A stretch of DNA of 36,720 nucleotides. Source: a candidate division FCPU426 bacterium (GTDB taxonomy: Bacteria > Oederibacteriota > Muellerivitia > Muellerivitales > Muellerivitaceae). The DNA lies in contig CAWHOE010000021.1 in assembly GCA_963830915.1 (NCBI GenBank), forward strand, positions 1 through 36,720. The letters run 5' to 3'. The notes under the pieces were generated by a model. It ran no database searches. It was not told the DNA's origin and worked only from the letters and a program-made list of their open reading frames with translations. Of this stretch, positions 1 to 9,059 are shown piece after piece. The translations under genes and the position numbers were made by a program. Position 1 is the stretch's first letter. Every line of letters begins with the position of its first letter.

Positions 1-32
1 ACTGTTCTTGCCTTGGTTCGGTTGGTTTTTGT

Positions 33-830
33 ATGGCTGACCTGCTTTTCATCCCCGCCGCCTTCATGGCCCACCCTGATTGGGGGGCGATGGCCAAGCA
101 GATCTTTTCCTGGCCCACGCAGCATTTGACCCGTGATTTCATCCTCTTGGTCATCGGCCTCATTGGCGCGGTCATCATGCCCTGGATGATCTATTACCAG
201 CAAAGCGCGGTGGTGGACAAGAAACTCAAAAAGGAAGACCTACCCTATGAGCGCCTGGACACGGCCATCGGCGCGGTGGTCACCGAGCTGATCATGGCCT
301 TCATCGTCATTTCCACCGGCGCCACCCTGTTCGTCAACCATCTGTCGGTGGATGACGCGGCCCAGGCGGCCGCCGCGCTCATCCCCTTGGCCGGAAAATT
401 CTCAGGGGCGCTTTTCGCCATTGGCTTGATCAGCGCTTCCTTTTTGGGGGCTTTCGTCGTGGCGGTCTCCACCGCCTGGGCCTTCGGGGAAACCTTTGGA
501 TGGCCCCACAGCCTAAACCACAGCCTCCCCCAGGCCAAACGGTTCTATTCCTTTTACGCGGCGGGAGTGGTCATTGCGGCGGCCATCGTGTTGATCCCGA
601 ATATCCCTCTTGTCAGCATCACGGTCATGGTGGAGGTAGGGAACGCGCTTCTTCTACCGATCGTGTTGACGTTCCTTCTGCTCCTAACCAATGACAAAAA
701 TCTTTTGGGCAAGGACGTGAACGGTTGGAAAGCCAATCTTCTGGTGGGGTCGACAGGGATCGCCATCATTTTGCTGGGGCTACTTTCCGTGGTCATGACC
801 CTCTTTCCCAACTGGGTACCATTGGGTTGA
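33..830 (+). CDS. NRAMP-family divalent metal cation transporter, 5'-truncated by the window start
   Basis: Multi-TM protein with NRAMP-like motifs IGAVIMPWMIYYQQSAVVDK, AAAALIPLAG and AWAFGETFGW; N-terminal half missing. Confidence 0.85.
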   Translation: MADLLFIPAAFMAHPDWGAMAKQIFSWPTQHLTRDFILLVIGLIGAVIMPWMIYYQQSAVVDKKLKKEDLPYERLDTAIGAVVTELIMAFIVISTGATLFVNHLSVDDAAQAAAALIPLAGKFSGALFAIGLISASFLGAFVVAVSTAWAFGETFGWPHSLNHSLPQAKRFYSFYAAGVVIAAAIVLIPNIPLVSITVMVEVGNALLLPIVLTFLLLLTNDKNLLGKDVNGWKANLLVGSTGIAIILLGLLSVVMTLFPNWVPLG

Positions 831-855
831 ATCGGCATCATTCAAGGAGATCGTC

Positions 856-1383
856 TTGATAAAGAAAACATCGGGCTTTTCTATCTCGATCGGCACTTAT
901 CCCTCGGTCTTTGGAAAGGTGATGATCGCGGCTGTCTCCGGTGAGATCTGCGCTATCGCCTTTCTTGGAAAAAGGAAAGAAAAGGACGCGGTCAAGGAAC
1001 TTCGATCGCGTTGGCCCCAAACTTCCATCGTGAGAAACAAAGCGGTCGCGTCGGTTTTGGGTGAAAAAATATTTACCGAACCCCATCGAATGAAAAAACT
1101 GGGGCTTCGAGTTCTTTTGAAGGGAACCCCATTTCAAGTGAAGGTTTGGAAGGCACTTCTGACCATCCCTTTTGGTAAGACGGCGTCTTATTCGGACATC
1201 GCCAAGAAGGTTGGAAAACCGAAAGCGACCCGAGCGGTCGGAACCGCGGTGGGGGAAAACCCATTCTTTTATCTCATCCCCTGCCATAGGGTCATAAAGA
1301 AATCTGGGGAATTGGGGGATTACCGCTGGGGCTCGGCCTTGAAAAAGACCATCCTGGATTGGGAAACAAAAAACTCAGAGTAA
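856..1383 (+). CDS. ogt: Methylated-DNA--protein-cysteine S-methyltransferase
   Basis: GTPFQVKVWKAL..IPFG...SY, RAVGTAVGENP and the active-site IPCHRV; TTG start after AAGGAG. Confidence 0.93.
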   Translation: MIKKTSGFSISIGTYPSVFGKVMIAAVSGEICAIAFLGKRKEKDAVKELRSRWPQTSIVRNKAVASVLGEKIFTEPHRMKKLGLRVLLKGTPFQVKVWKALLTIPFGKTASYSDIAKKVGKPKATRAVGTAVGENPFFYLIPCHRVIKKSGELGDYRWGSALKKTILDWETKNSE

Positions 1384-2043
1384 GATCCCTATGAATTCGT
1401 CCAACGAGTCCACCATCCAGTCGGGTTGGGCCTCCACCAAGGCTTCCCGGCTGTTATAACCCTGGGTGACGACGCCGACCGGCAATCCGGCGGCCTTTCC
1501 CGCTTGGATATCCACCACTGAATCCCCGATCATGACCGCTCCTGTCGTAGGTGCTCCTATCATTCTTAAAGCCGTCAAGAGAGGTTCGGCGTTGGGTTTG
1601 CGGTTCACGGTGGATTCGGGACCCAAAGCGGCCTGGAAGAAGGATGCGAGGCTCAATTTTTCCAGGATCTGTTCGGTGAATTCCTGGGATTTATTGGAAA
1701 CCACCGCCATTTTGACCTGATGGTTCCGCAGAGCCTCCAGCAATTCCATGACTCCAGGATAGACCTTGGTATGGTCCAGGCAATGTTCCCGGTAGAAATC
1801 CTTGTAATAAACCAGCGATTTCTGTATGAATCGTGGATCGGTCGTTTCCATGGCCTTTTCCAGGAGGACTTGGACGCCGTTGCCGACAAAACTTTCCACT
1901 TCGTCCTCGGTCAGGGAGGACAGCCCGAAATGACGGCGGGTGGCGTTGGCCGCCGCCGCGATGTCCTTGCGGGAATCGATCAGTGTTCCATCGAAGTCGA
2001 ATAAAACCGCCTTCAGTGGAACGTTCGCGTCTTTGAAGCGCAT
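1375..2043 (-). CDS. gph: HAD-family hydrolase, phosphoglycolate phosphatase-like
   Basis: HAD motif I FDFDGTLIDS, motif II VVSNK, RKP and MIGDSVVDIQAGKAAG. Confidence 0.85.
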   Translation of the reverse strand: MRFKDANVPLKAVLFDFDGTLIDSRKDIAAAANATRRHFGLSSLTEDEVESFVGNGVQVLLEKAMETTDPRFIQKSLVYYKDFYREHCLDHTKVYPGVMELLEALRNHQVKMAVVSNKSQEFTEQILEKLSLASFFQAALGPESTVNRKPNAEPLLTALRMIGAPTTGAVMIGDSVVDIQAGKAAGLPVGVVTQGYNSREALVEAQPDWMVDSLDEFIGILL

Positions 2044-2080
2044 AATGTCCTCCGGATGGATTGCCTGTCATGTTACGGGT

Positions 2081-2109
2081 TTGACAGCTTTTTTTAAAGA
2101 ACCTAGAAT
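2081..2109 (+). promoter_or_regulatory. sigma70-type promoter for the argJ-thiL-tsaEB-rimI operon
   Basis: TTGACA (2081-2086), 17 nt spacer, TAGAAT (2104-2109). Confidence 0.7.
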
Positions 2110-2137
2110 GCCTTAACTTTCGCTCAAGGACCGTTCT

Positions 2138-3337
2138 GTGAAAAAAACTTCCGTTCCCCTGCCCCTCGGTTTTTTCGCCTCCGGCGTACACGCGGGACTC
2201 AAGACCGATGGCAAATTGGACATGGGTTTCCTTTATTCATCCCGACCGGCCCAATGGGCCGGTGTGGTCACCCAGAACGCCGTGAAATCCGCTCCCGCTC
2301 GGCGGACCGAGGACCTGTTGCGGGGAAAGAAGCCCCTTCGGGCCGTGGTGGTGAATACCAAGGTTGCCAATGACCTGACCGGCCGACAGGGCCGCAAGGA
2401 TACGGATGATACGGCCATTTGGGCTTCCCGCCTCATGAAAGTGAGACCCCAAGAAGTCTTGATCCATTCCACCGGGGTCATTGGGGTTTCATTGCCCAGG
2501 CCCAAGATCCAAAAGGGAGTCCAGTTAGGCGTTCCCGCTCTCTCGATCTACGGCGGCGGTGATTTTTCCCAAGCCATCCTGACGACCGACCTGGTCACCA
2601 AGACCAGCGCCCGCGCGCTTACCCTAGGCGGAAAGGCGGTTTGGATGGTGGGTTTCGCCAAGGGGTCGGGCATGATCCATCCGAACATGGCCACCATGCT
2701 GGCCTATATCCTGACCGACGCGGCCATTTCACGGTCTTTGCTGGACAAGGCCCTGAGGGTGTCCGTGGAGGAAAGCTTCAACCGCATCACGGTCGATGGG
2801 GATACCTCACCCAGCGATTCGGTGGTGGTTTTGGCCAACAGCGCGTCCGGTGCCAAGCCTATCCAATCGGCCGGCAAGGACTATGTGGCTTTTGAAAAAG
2901 CCTTGAGGGATGTTTGTCTGGACCTGGCGAAAGATGTCATCCGGGATGGGGAAGGGGCCACTAAGTTCGTGACCGTGCGGGTTCAGGGAGCCCGCACGGA
3001 TCATGAAGCGCTCCTGGCGGCCAAAGCCATCGCCCATTCCCCCCTCGTCAAGACGGCGATCTTCGGGGCGGACCCCAACTGGGGCCGTATCCTGACGGCT
3101 GTGGGTTATTCGGGCGCGGCGGCGGACGAATTCAAGGCGAGAGTGGTCATCGGAGGGTACAAACTCTACGACGGCGGCCGAAAAATATCCTGGTCCCGGG
3201 AAAAACTGAAAAAGATCCTTTCCCAAAAGGAAGTGGAGATCGTGGTGGATTTAAGACTAGGAAAGGGCAAGACCACCGTTTATACCTGCGACCTGACGGA
3301 TGGTTATATCGATATCAATGGCCGATACACAACCTAA
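2138..3337 (+). CDS. argJ: Glutamate N-acetyltransferase / amino-acid acetyltransferase
   Basis: STGVIG, ILTTD, AKGSGMIHPNMATML, RDGEGATK, SPLVKTAIFGADPNWGRI; GTG start. Confidence 0.96.
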   Translation: MKKTSVPLPLGFFASGVHAGLKTDGKLDMGFLYSSRPAQWAGVVTQNAVKSAPARRTEDLLRGKKPLRAVVVNTKVANDLTGRQGRKDTDDTAIWASRLMKVRPQEVLIHSTGVIGVSLPRPKIQKGVQLGVPALSIYGGGDFSQAILTTDLVTKTSARALTLGGKAVWMVGFAKGSGMIHPNMATMLAYILTDAAISRSLLDKALRVSVEESFNRITVDGDTSPSDSVVVLANSASGAKPIQSAGKDYVAFEKALRDVCLDLAKDVIRDGEGATKFVTVRVQGARTDHEALLAAKAIAHSPLVKTAIFGADPNWGRILTAVGYSGAAADEFKARVVIGGYKLYDGGRKISWSREKLKKILSQKEVEIVVDLRLGKGKTTVYTCDLTDGYIDINGRYTT

Positions 3338-3347
3338 TAAAAGAAGA

Positions 3348-4382
3348 ATGAATAAAGGGAAAGGTCCGACCTTGGGCGATGTGGGAGAGTTCGGCTTCAT
3401 CAAGAGGGTCCGGGAGGCCATGAAGACCTCCGATCCTTCCATCCTCCAGGGTATCGGGGACGACGCCGCTATCTTCAAGCCCTCGGCGGGCTGTGAGATG
3501 GTTTTCACCACTGACATGCTGGTGGAAGGACGCCATTTCGATTTCAAATTCACGACCCCCTGGCAGTTGGGCGCCAAGACCATGGCGGTCAATATCAGCG
3601 ATTGCTCGGCCATGGGCGCCAAACCCACTGTCGCCGTGGTCTCCATCGGTATGCCCGCCTCTTTTCCCATGGCGGACCTGGAGGCTTTTTATGACGGTCT
3701 CAAGAGCTGGGGAGAATCCTACGGCGCCCAGATCGTGGGCGGGGACACGGTGGGTAGCGACAAGTTCGTCGTGAACCTGGCCCTCATCGGCGAAGTGGAA
3801 AAGGGAAAAGCCTTGAAACGCAGTACCGCCAAGGCGGGCGACGCCTTGCTGGTCACCGGAACCTTGGGCGATTCGGCCGCGGGTCTCTATGCCCTTCAGC
3901 ATCCCTCGAAAAAAGGCGAAGAAACGGTGCCCCTTCTGGTGAAACGGCATCTCACTCCCGTGCCCCGGTTCAACGTGGGCCGGGTCCTTTCGACCAACAA
4001 ACTGGCCACTTCGGCGATCGATATTTCGGACGGGCTTTCCAGCGAGGTCCATCATTTATGCGAAGAATCGGGGGTCGGCGCGGAGGTCCATGAAGAGGCC
4101 ATTCCCCTGTCCGATTCCTTGCGCCATTTCTGCGAGATGAACCAAATGGATCCCCTGGCATTCGCCCTACACGGCGGGGAAGATTATGAGCTCTTGTTCA
4201 CCGTACCGGTTTCCCGAATTGGAGAGGCCCTGCGGAATACACCCGGCGAGACGGGGGTGGGTGTGCGATCCATCGGGAGGATGGTGCCCAAGGCCAAGGG
4301 GATCACCCTGATCAAGAAGGACGGAAAGAGGGTCCCATTGACCGCCAAGGGATTCGATCATTTCAGCAAGCCGGGAAAATAA
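3348..4382 (+). CDS. thiL: Thiamine-monophosphate kinase
   Basis: GEFGFI, GIGDDAA, TTDMLVEGRHF, NISDCSAMGA, GGDT, DISDGL, GGEDYELLFT; start placed at ATG 3348 after the argJ stop. Confidence 0.96.
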   Translation: MNKGKGPTLGDVGEFGFIKRVREAMKTSDPSILQGIGDDAAIFKPSAGCEMVFTTDMLVEGRHFDFKFTTPWQLGAKTMAVNISDCSAMGAKPTVAVVSIGMPASFPMADLEAFYDGLKSWGESYGAQIVGGDTVGSDKFVVNLALIGEVEKGKALKRSTAKAGDALLVTGTLGDSAAGLYALQHPSKKGEETVPLLVKRHLTPVPRFNVGRVLSTNKLATSAIDISDGLSSEVHHLCEESGVGAEVHEEAIPLSDSLRHFCEMNQMDPLAFALHGGEDYELLFTVPVSRIGEALRNTPGETGVGVRSIGRMVPKAKGITLIKKDGKRVPLTAKGFDHFSKPGK

Positions 4383-4407
4383 TGTTCCCCATGGGGCCTT
4401 TCGACCG

Positions 4408-4881
4408 ATGCTAACCGCCAGCTTTCAATGTGAAACACCCGACCAAACCTTCCAACTGGGCGAACTGATCGGCCAAAAAGCCCAGCCAGGGGAGGTCTGG
4501 AGTCTGCGCGGTCCTTTGGGTTCGGGAAAGACCCGTTTCGTCCAAGGGCTGGCCAAGGGCTTGGGGTATGAGGGAAAGGTCACCTCGCCCACCTTCACCC
4601 TCCAGCATGTTTATGAAGGACGGCTGGTATTGTTCCATTTCGACTGGTACCGTTTGAGGTATCCCCAAGAGGTGGAGGACCTGGGCTGGCGGGAATGGAT
4701 CGAGAGGGGCGGCGTAGTCGCGGTGGAATGGGGGAACAAATTTCCCGATCTTTTTCCGCCCGATGTTTTGAAGATGGACTTTGAAATGATAACCGAGGGG
4801 AGACGTCGAATGGTCGTTGAAGCCGAGCATGACCAGAGTATCCCCCGGGTGGAGGAGTTGATCCGTTGCTGGCCGCCATAG
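4408..4881 (+). CDS. tsaE: tRNA t6A37 biosynthesis ATPase TsaE
   Basis: GPLGSGKT Walker A, VTSPTF, HFDWYRL, VEW. Confidence 0.94.
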   Translation: MLTASFQCETPDQTFQLGELIGQKAQPGEVWSLRGPLGSGKTRFVQGLAKGLGYEGKVTSPTFTLQHVYEGRLVLFHFDWYRLRYPQEVEDLGWREWIERGGVVAVEWGNKFPDLFPPDVLKMDFEMITEGRRRMVVEAEHDQSIPRVEELIRCWPP

Positions 4882-5555
4882 AAGTATCCACACGCATCTC
4901 CAGCGTCGCCCTGTTGGACCTGGTGTCCGGCGAGGAGTTGGACCTTTGCACCCTTCCGGCCGATTGGGAAAGCTCGGTCACCCTTATCCCGGCGCTGGAA
5001 GCCATGCTCCAAAAAACCGATATGACCGCCCAGGACCTGGATGGTGTGGCGGTTTCGGTGGGGCCGGGGAGTTTCACCGGTATCCGGGTGGGCATCGCCA
5101 CCGCGGAAGGTTTGTGCCTGCCCAACAACCTATTGGCGTTCGGGATCAATACCCTGGACGGGTTGGCGGAGAACCTGCGGCAGAACGGGATGATAGGCCA
5201 GGCCCTCTGTCTGGTGGATGCCCAAAGGGGCGAGTGTTTCGTGGGCCATTATCAAATCGACTCGGGTGACTTCAGGGCCTTAAATCCACCTCAGATATTG
5301 GGGATCGAAAGGCTTTCCTCCCTTTTGGAGGAAAAAGCGTGGATCGTCGGCCCCGGGGCGCTCAAATACGAGAAAGAGATCCGCGAGAGCCTGGGGACCC
5401 AGGCCATGTTCACCTTCACCGCTTATCACCAACCCAGCGCCATGAGCATCGCGCGCATCGCCTATCGTCAATGGCAGGCGGGCCTGCGCCCGACCCTGGA
5501 CCAGTTGAAACCCCTTTATCTGCGGCCGCCCGCGGTGGATGAGAAAAAACCATGA
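4866..5555 (+). CDS. tsaB: tRNA t6A37 biosynthesis protein TsaB
   Basis: VGPGSFTGIRVG, DAQRGE, PLYLRPP; TTG start overlapping the tsaE end. Confidence 0.94.
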   Translation: MLAAIEVSTRISSVALLDLVSGEELDLCTLPADWESSVTLIPALEAMLQKTDMTAQDLDGVAVSVGPGSFTGIRVGIATAEGLCLPNNLLAFGINTLDGLAENLRQNGMIGQALCLVDAQRGECFVGHYQIDSGDFRALNPPQILGIERLSSLLEEKAWIVGPGALKYEKEIRESLGTQAMFTFTAYHQPSAMSIARIAYRQWQAGLRPTLDQLKPLYLRPPAVDEKKP

Positions 5556-5995
5556 CTTTCCGTCCCATGTTGGAGGTGGACCTGGACCAGGTCGTTGAGA
5601 TCGAGAAGGTCTCCATGCCCTCCCCTTGGTCGCGCGTGCTTTTCGAGGAGGAACTTAAGCGGGAACAGGCTTACTATTTCGTCATGGAAGAGGAGGGGAA
5701 GGTTGCGGGCTATATGGGATATTGGGAAGCGCCCGAGGAAGCTCATATCATCACCCTGGCCATCGCCCCCGCTTTTCGTAAAAGAGGATTGGGCGAGGAG
5801 ATGATCGATCGATGCATGTCCTTCGCTTTCAAGAAGGGCGCCCGGTTGGCCACCCTGGAAGTGCGGGAAAGCAATGACCCCGCCCGCCGTCTCTACGAGA
5901 AGAGCGGATTCCGCTTCGTCGCCATCCGGAAAAAATACTACAGCGATAACCAAGAAGACGCGATCATCATGATCCGGGAGTTAGCCGAAGCCTAA
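5552..5995 (+). CDS. rimI: Ribosomal protein alanine N-acetyltransferase (GNAT)
   Basis: FRKRGLG, TLEVRESN..ARRLYEKSGF....IRKKYY....EDAIIM; ATGA overlap with tsaB. Confidence 0.92.
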   Translation: MTFRPMLEVDLDQVVEIEKVSMPSPWSRVLFEEELKREQAYYFVMEEEGKVAGYMGYWEAPEEAHIITLAIAPAFRKRGLGEEMIDRCMSFAFKKGARLATLEVRESNDPARRLYEKSGFRFVAIRKKYYSDNQEDAIIMIRELAEA

Positions 5996-6141
5996 TCTTA
6001 ACCCATTCGATTTTCTATTCACGTTCATTCCAAATTGAAAAGCGGTTTCACGCCAAGTCATTTATTTTTGTGATTCCATCCTTCCATTCCGGCCTAAGTT
6101 GCTAAAATACCGCCCTTCAAACTTTCCGGGAGTCGCCTCGC

Positions 6142-7491
6142 ATGGTCCAACCTGTCGATTCATTCTTGTCTTCCATCCGAGATATCGGGGAGGAAGGCTA
6201 TGAGTTCCTCCTGAGGAAACCCCTTTTCCTTTTAGGCGAGCAGAGCTCCCGGGTCCGCAAGATGTTCCTGGGCCTGCGCCGCCGCCAGTCGGTCACTATC
6301 TACGCCGGCGTGCTTTGGGTCATCCCCATCGCCATGTTCAACCCTTACACCAACCTATTCATGGTCAAGATGGGACTTTCCAAATCCGAGGTGGGCATCT
6401 ATCAGTCCCTGATGAACCTAGTGAGTCTGGTCGGGTTTTTCCTGGGGGGTTACCTTTCCGACGCTTGGGGCCGTAAAAAAACCCTCATCCTTTTCGACAT
6501 CATCAGTTGGGGCGGCTATTGCCTTTGCATGAGCTTGAGCGACGGCAAATGGTGGTGCGTTTGGGCGCTTTTTTTCTTGGCCATCAACGCTGGCTCCACC
6601 GCGCCTTATCAATGTTTGCTGGCGGAGGGTGTGCCCTCCAAACAGCGAGCCTCCGTCTATACGGTTCTTCAACTGGTGAATCTGGCCCCCTTCCTTTTGT
6701 TTTTTCCGTTGGTCGGCGGATTATGGGAGTCCAAAAGGGGACTGGTGGACGCCTGCCACGAGATGTTCTGGTTCCTGACCTTCATGATCGCCATCGGCAT
6801 CTATCTTCGCTGGCGTTTCCTGCCCGAGTCGCGGCCCATCGAGAAGACTCCCGAATCCTGGTCCCATGTCCTGCGGGATGGGTTGAGGCAATACCGGGAC
6901 GTGCTCAAGCGGTTCTTCAAAAAACCCGCCTCGGTCGCCTTCCTGATGTCCAAATTTTTGGACGAGTGGATGATCTGGGCTTGGGGCGTCTACTCCTCCC
7001 TCTATTTCGTCCAATACCTGGGTTTGAAGGAATCCTACTTATCCATCCTCTCCCAAGGCTCGGGCTATGTGGTATTCCTGGTTCTCTTCCTGGTCATCCC
7101 CAACATCCTGGAAAAACAGATGATCCGCATCCTGGGTTTGGACCAGATATTCGGGTTCGCGGCCATCGGGGTGCTTTTATTCCTGGGGCAGGGAAGCGAG
7201 AACGTCCTTCTGGTGGGGTTCCTCTCCTCAAGCCTGGGCGCCATCGGGGGGGCTTTTTACGCCTCGGTCAGCGCGTCGGTCTGGATGAACATCATCGAGG
7301 AAAAGGAGCGGGCCAAGGTGGTCTCGGCCACTTTCGCGCTCATCAAGATAGGATTGTTGACGGGAATGGTCGGGGCGCTTCTCTATGGCGATGTTTCCCC
7401 CCTGTTCCTGCTTTACCTTATGATGGGGATGAGGGTGTTGAATTATTTCCTTTTGCGGCGGATATCCAAGAGCCTGGCCGCGGCTCACTGA
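6142..7491 (+). CDS. MFS transporter
   Basis: About 12 hydrophobic segments; MFS motif A GGYLSDAWGRKKTL; EEKERAKV in the C-terminal half. Confidence 0.85.
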   Translation: MVQPVDSFLSSIRDIGEEGYEFLLRKPLFLLGEQSSRVRKMFLGLRRRQSVTIYAGVLWVIPIAMFNPYTNLFMVKMGLSKSEVGIYQSLMNLVSLVGFFLGGYLSDAWGRKKTLILFDIISWGGYCLCMSLSDGKWWCVWALFFLAINAGSTAPYQCLLAEGVPSKQRASVYTVLQLVNLAPFLLFFPLVGGLWESKRGLVDACHEMFWFLTFMIAIGIYLRWRFLPESRPIEKTPESWSHVLRDGLRQYRDVLKRFFKKPASVAFLMSKFLDEWMIWAWGVYSSLYFVQYLGLKESYLSILSQGSGYVVFLVLFLVIPNILEKQMIRILGLDQIFGFAAIGVLLFLGQGSENVLLVGFLSSSLGAIGGAFYASVSASVWMNIIEEKERAKVVSATFALIKIGLLTGMVGALLYGDVSPLFLLYLMMGMRVLNYFLLRRISKSLAAAH

Positions 7492-7512
7492 ACGGATCGA
7501 AAGGACCGAAGC

Positions 7513-8382
7513 ATGGGGTATCTTTATGCCTTGGCCGCCTTTGCCTGTATCGGAAGCTATCTGGTGCCGGCCCGTTTCTCCACGGTCAAGGGTCTGTATT
7601 TTTTCCCTTGGATGGGGTGGGGCATGTTGGTGATGGAACTATTCCGGATCGATTCGCTCAAAGCCCTTTGGGCCCATCCCCTTTGGTTCTGGGGCTCGTT
7701 CGCGGCGGGGATCCTTTGGGCGTTCGGTCAGGGATTCGGGAACCTGGCCCTTCAGGAGATCAGCCTGGCCAAGGCGGCGGTGCTGTTCAACTGTAATTCC
7801 TTCATCAATATCACCCTGGGTTTGGTCCTGTTCAAGGAAGCGTCCGGTCTGGGGGCCATCCTGTTCTTGCTTGCGGGCGGGCTCCTTCTTTTTTGGGGTA
7901 GTTGGAAAGTTTCCAGCGCCTCAGCGGTCCCTTCCAAAGAGGGCGACCTCAAAAAAGGGATCTTCATGAGCCTTTTGGCCGGGTTCTTTTGGGGGATCTA
8001 TTTCACCCCGGTCAAGGCCTTGCAGATCTGGGCCCCGCAGCCGTCCCTTTCCTCCATGGATATCCTCTCGGGACTGATGCTGGGAGGGGCTTTGATGGGT
8101 CTGGCCTGGGGTTATGGGCGGGGGAAAGTGTCTTGGTGCGGCAGGAATTTCGGGCTGGGGATCGTCACGGCCGGCCTTTGGTTGTTGGGCACGACCGCGT
8201 TTCTCCACGCCATCGACACCCTGGGACTTTCCAGGGCGGTGCCGATCATCAATTCCAACTCGCTGGTCTACGCCGGTTGGTCATTGTTCGTATTCCGTGA
8301 ACTGCCCTTGTCCCAAGGGCCCAAAGTGCTGACGGGAACCTTTATCGTGATAGTCGGCATTGCTCTCCTGGCTTTTTCTTAA
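7513..8382 (+). CDS. DMT-superfamily (GRP/EamA-like) transporter
   Basis: 10-TM duplicated architecture; AGILWAFGQ / AGLWLLGT, ISLAKA / LGLSRAVPI, LVLFKE / LFVFRE. Confidence 0.8.
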   Translation: MGYLYALAAFACIGSYLVPARFSTVKGLYFFPWMGWGMLVMELFRIDSLKALWAHPLWFWGSFAAGILWAFGQGFGNLALQEISLAKAAVLFNCNSFINITLGLVLFKEASGLGAILFLLAGGLLLFWGSWKVSSASAVPSKEGDLKKGIFMSLLAGFFWGIYFTPVKALQIWAPQPSLSSMDILSGLMLGGALMGLAWGYGRGKVSWCGRNFGLGIVTAGLWLLGTTAFLHAIDTLGLSRAVPIINSNSLVYAGWSLFVFRELPLSQGPKVLTGTFIVIVGIALLAFS

Positions 8383-8402
8383 AAAACCCCTTTGTTTCTC
8401 GC

Positions 8403-8431
8403 TTGAAAGTTTTCCCCGAAATCCACATAAT
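8403..8431 (+). promoter_or_regulatory. sigma70-type promoter for the DUF1802 gene, probably near-leaderless
   Basis: TTGAAA (8403-8408), 17 nt, CATAAT (8426-8431); ATG at 8441 with no SD. Confidence 0.5.
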
Positions 8432-8440
8432 CTTTTTTCC

Positions 8441-9016
8441 ATGAAAACACAGAACAACGTAGCGCTCAAGGAATGGGCCGTCGTATTGAAGGCCCTGGAG
8501 GAAGGCAAACAAACCATCCTCCTTCGTAAAGGCGGGATCGCCGAGGCGGCGGAAGGTTACAGCCCCGAGCATCCGGAATTCTTCTTGTTCCCGACTATCG
8601 AGGAAGAATCCGCGCATAATTTCAAACCTGACTGGCGGCCCAGGGTCCCGGCCATCGAGCGGGAAAACAAGGACCCCAAACGGGTCCATTTCCGCCTTTA
8701 CGCCGTGGCCGAGCACGCGGACAAGATCACCGATTGGGAAACCTGCAAGCGCCTGATCCCCCTGACGGTCATGAGCGATGAGGCGGTGGAAAAAGCGTTC
8801 AACGAGGGTGACTGGGTGGGTCTTTGTCTTTTCCTAGTTAGGGTCTATTCCTTGCCGGTCCCGATGGACCTGCCCAACAAGCCGTCCTACGCCTCGGATC
8901 CCCTCTGGGTCCGGCTGGAGACTTCCATGTTCACGGTCGGTTCTTTCGCGGCCATTCCGGACGGGGCCTGGCCCTATACCCGCGGGAAAATATTGAAGAT
9001 CGTCGAGTCGGCCTAA
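8441..9016 (+). CDS. DUF1802 family protein
   Basis: N-terminal ALKEWAVVLKALEEGKQTILLRKGGIAE and FFLFPT signature. Confidence 0.85.
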   Translation: MKTQNNVALKEWAVVLKALEEGKQTILLRKGGIAEAAEGYSPEHPEFFLFPTIEEESAHNFKPDWRPRVPAIERENKDPKRVHFRLYAVAEHADKITDWETCKRLIPLTVMSDEAVEKAFNEGDWVGLCLFLVRVYSLPVPMDLPNKPSYASDPLWVRLETSMFTVGSFAAIPDGAWPYTRGKILKIVESA

Positions 9017-9059
9017 GCTTCTCCTCGCCCGAAAGGGTTTTTCCCTTTATCATTGATCC

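Noticed and set aside
4422..4437. parS-like sequence CTTTCAATGTGAAACA in tsaE and a GTTTCACG half-site near 6045
   Set aside because: Only one arm matches TGTTTCACGTGAAACA; neither is a proper palindrome.
6507..7796. 429-aa alternative-frame ORF over the MFS gene
   Set aside because: Arg/Gly/Pro-rich off-frame translation fully overlapping a convincing gene.
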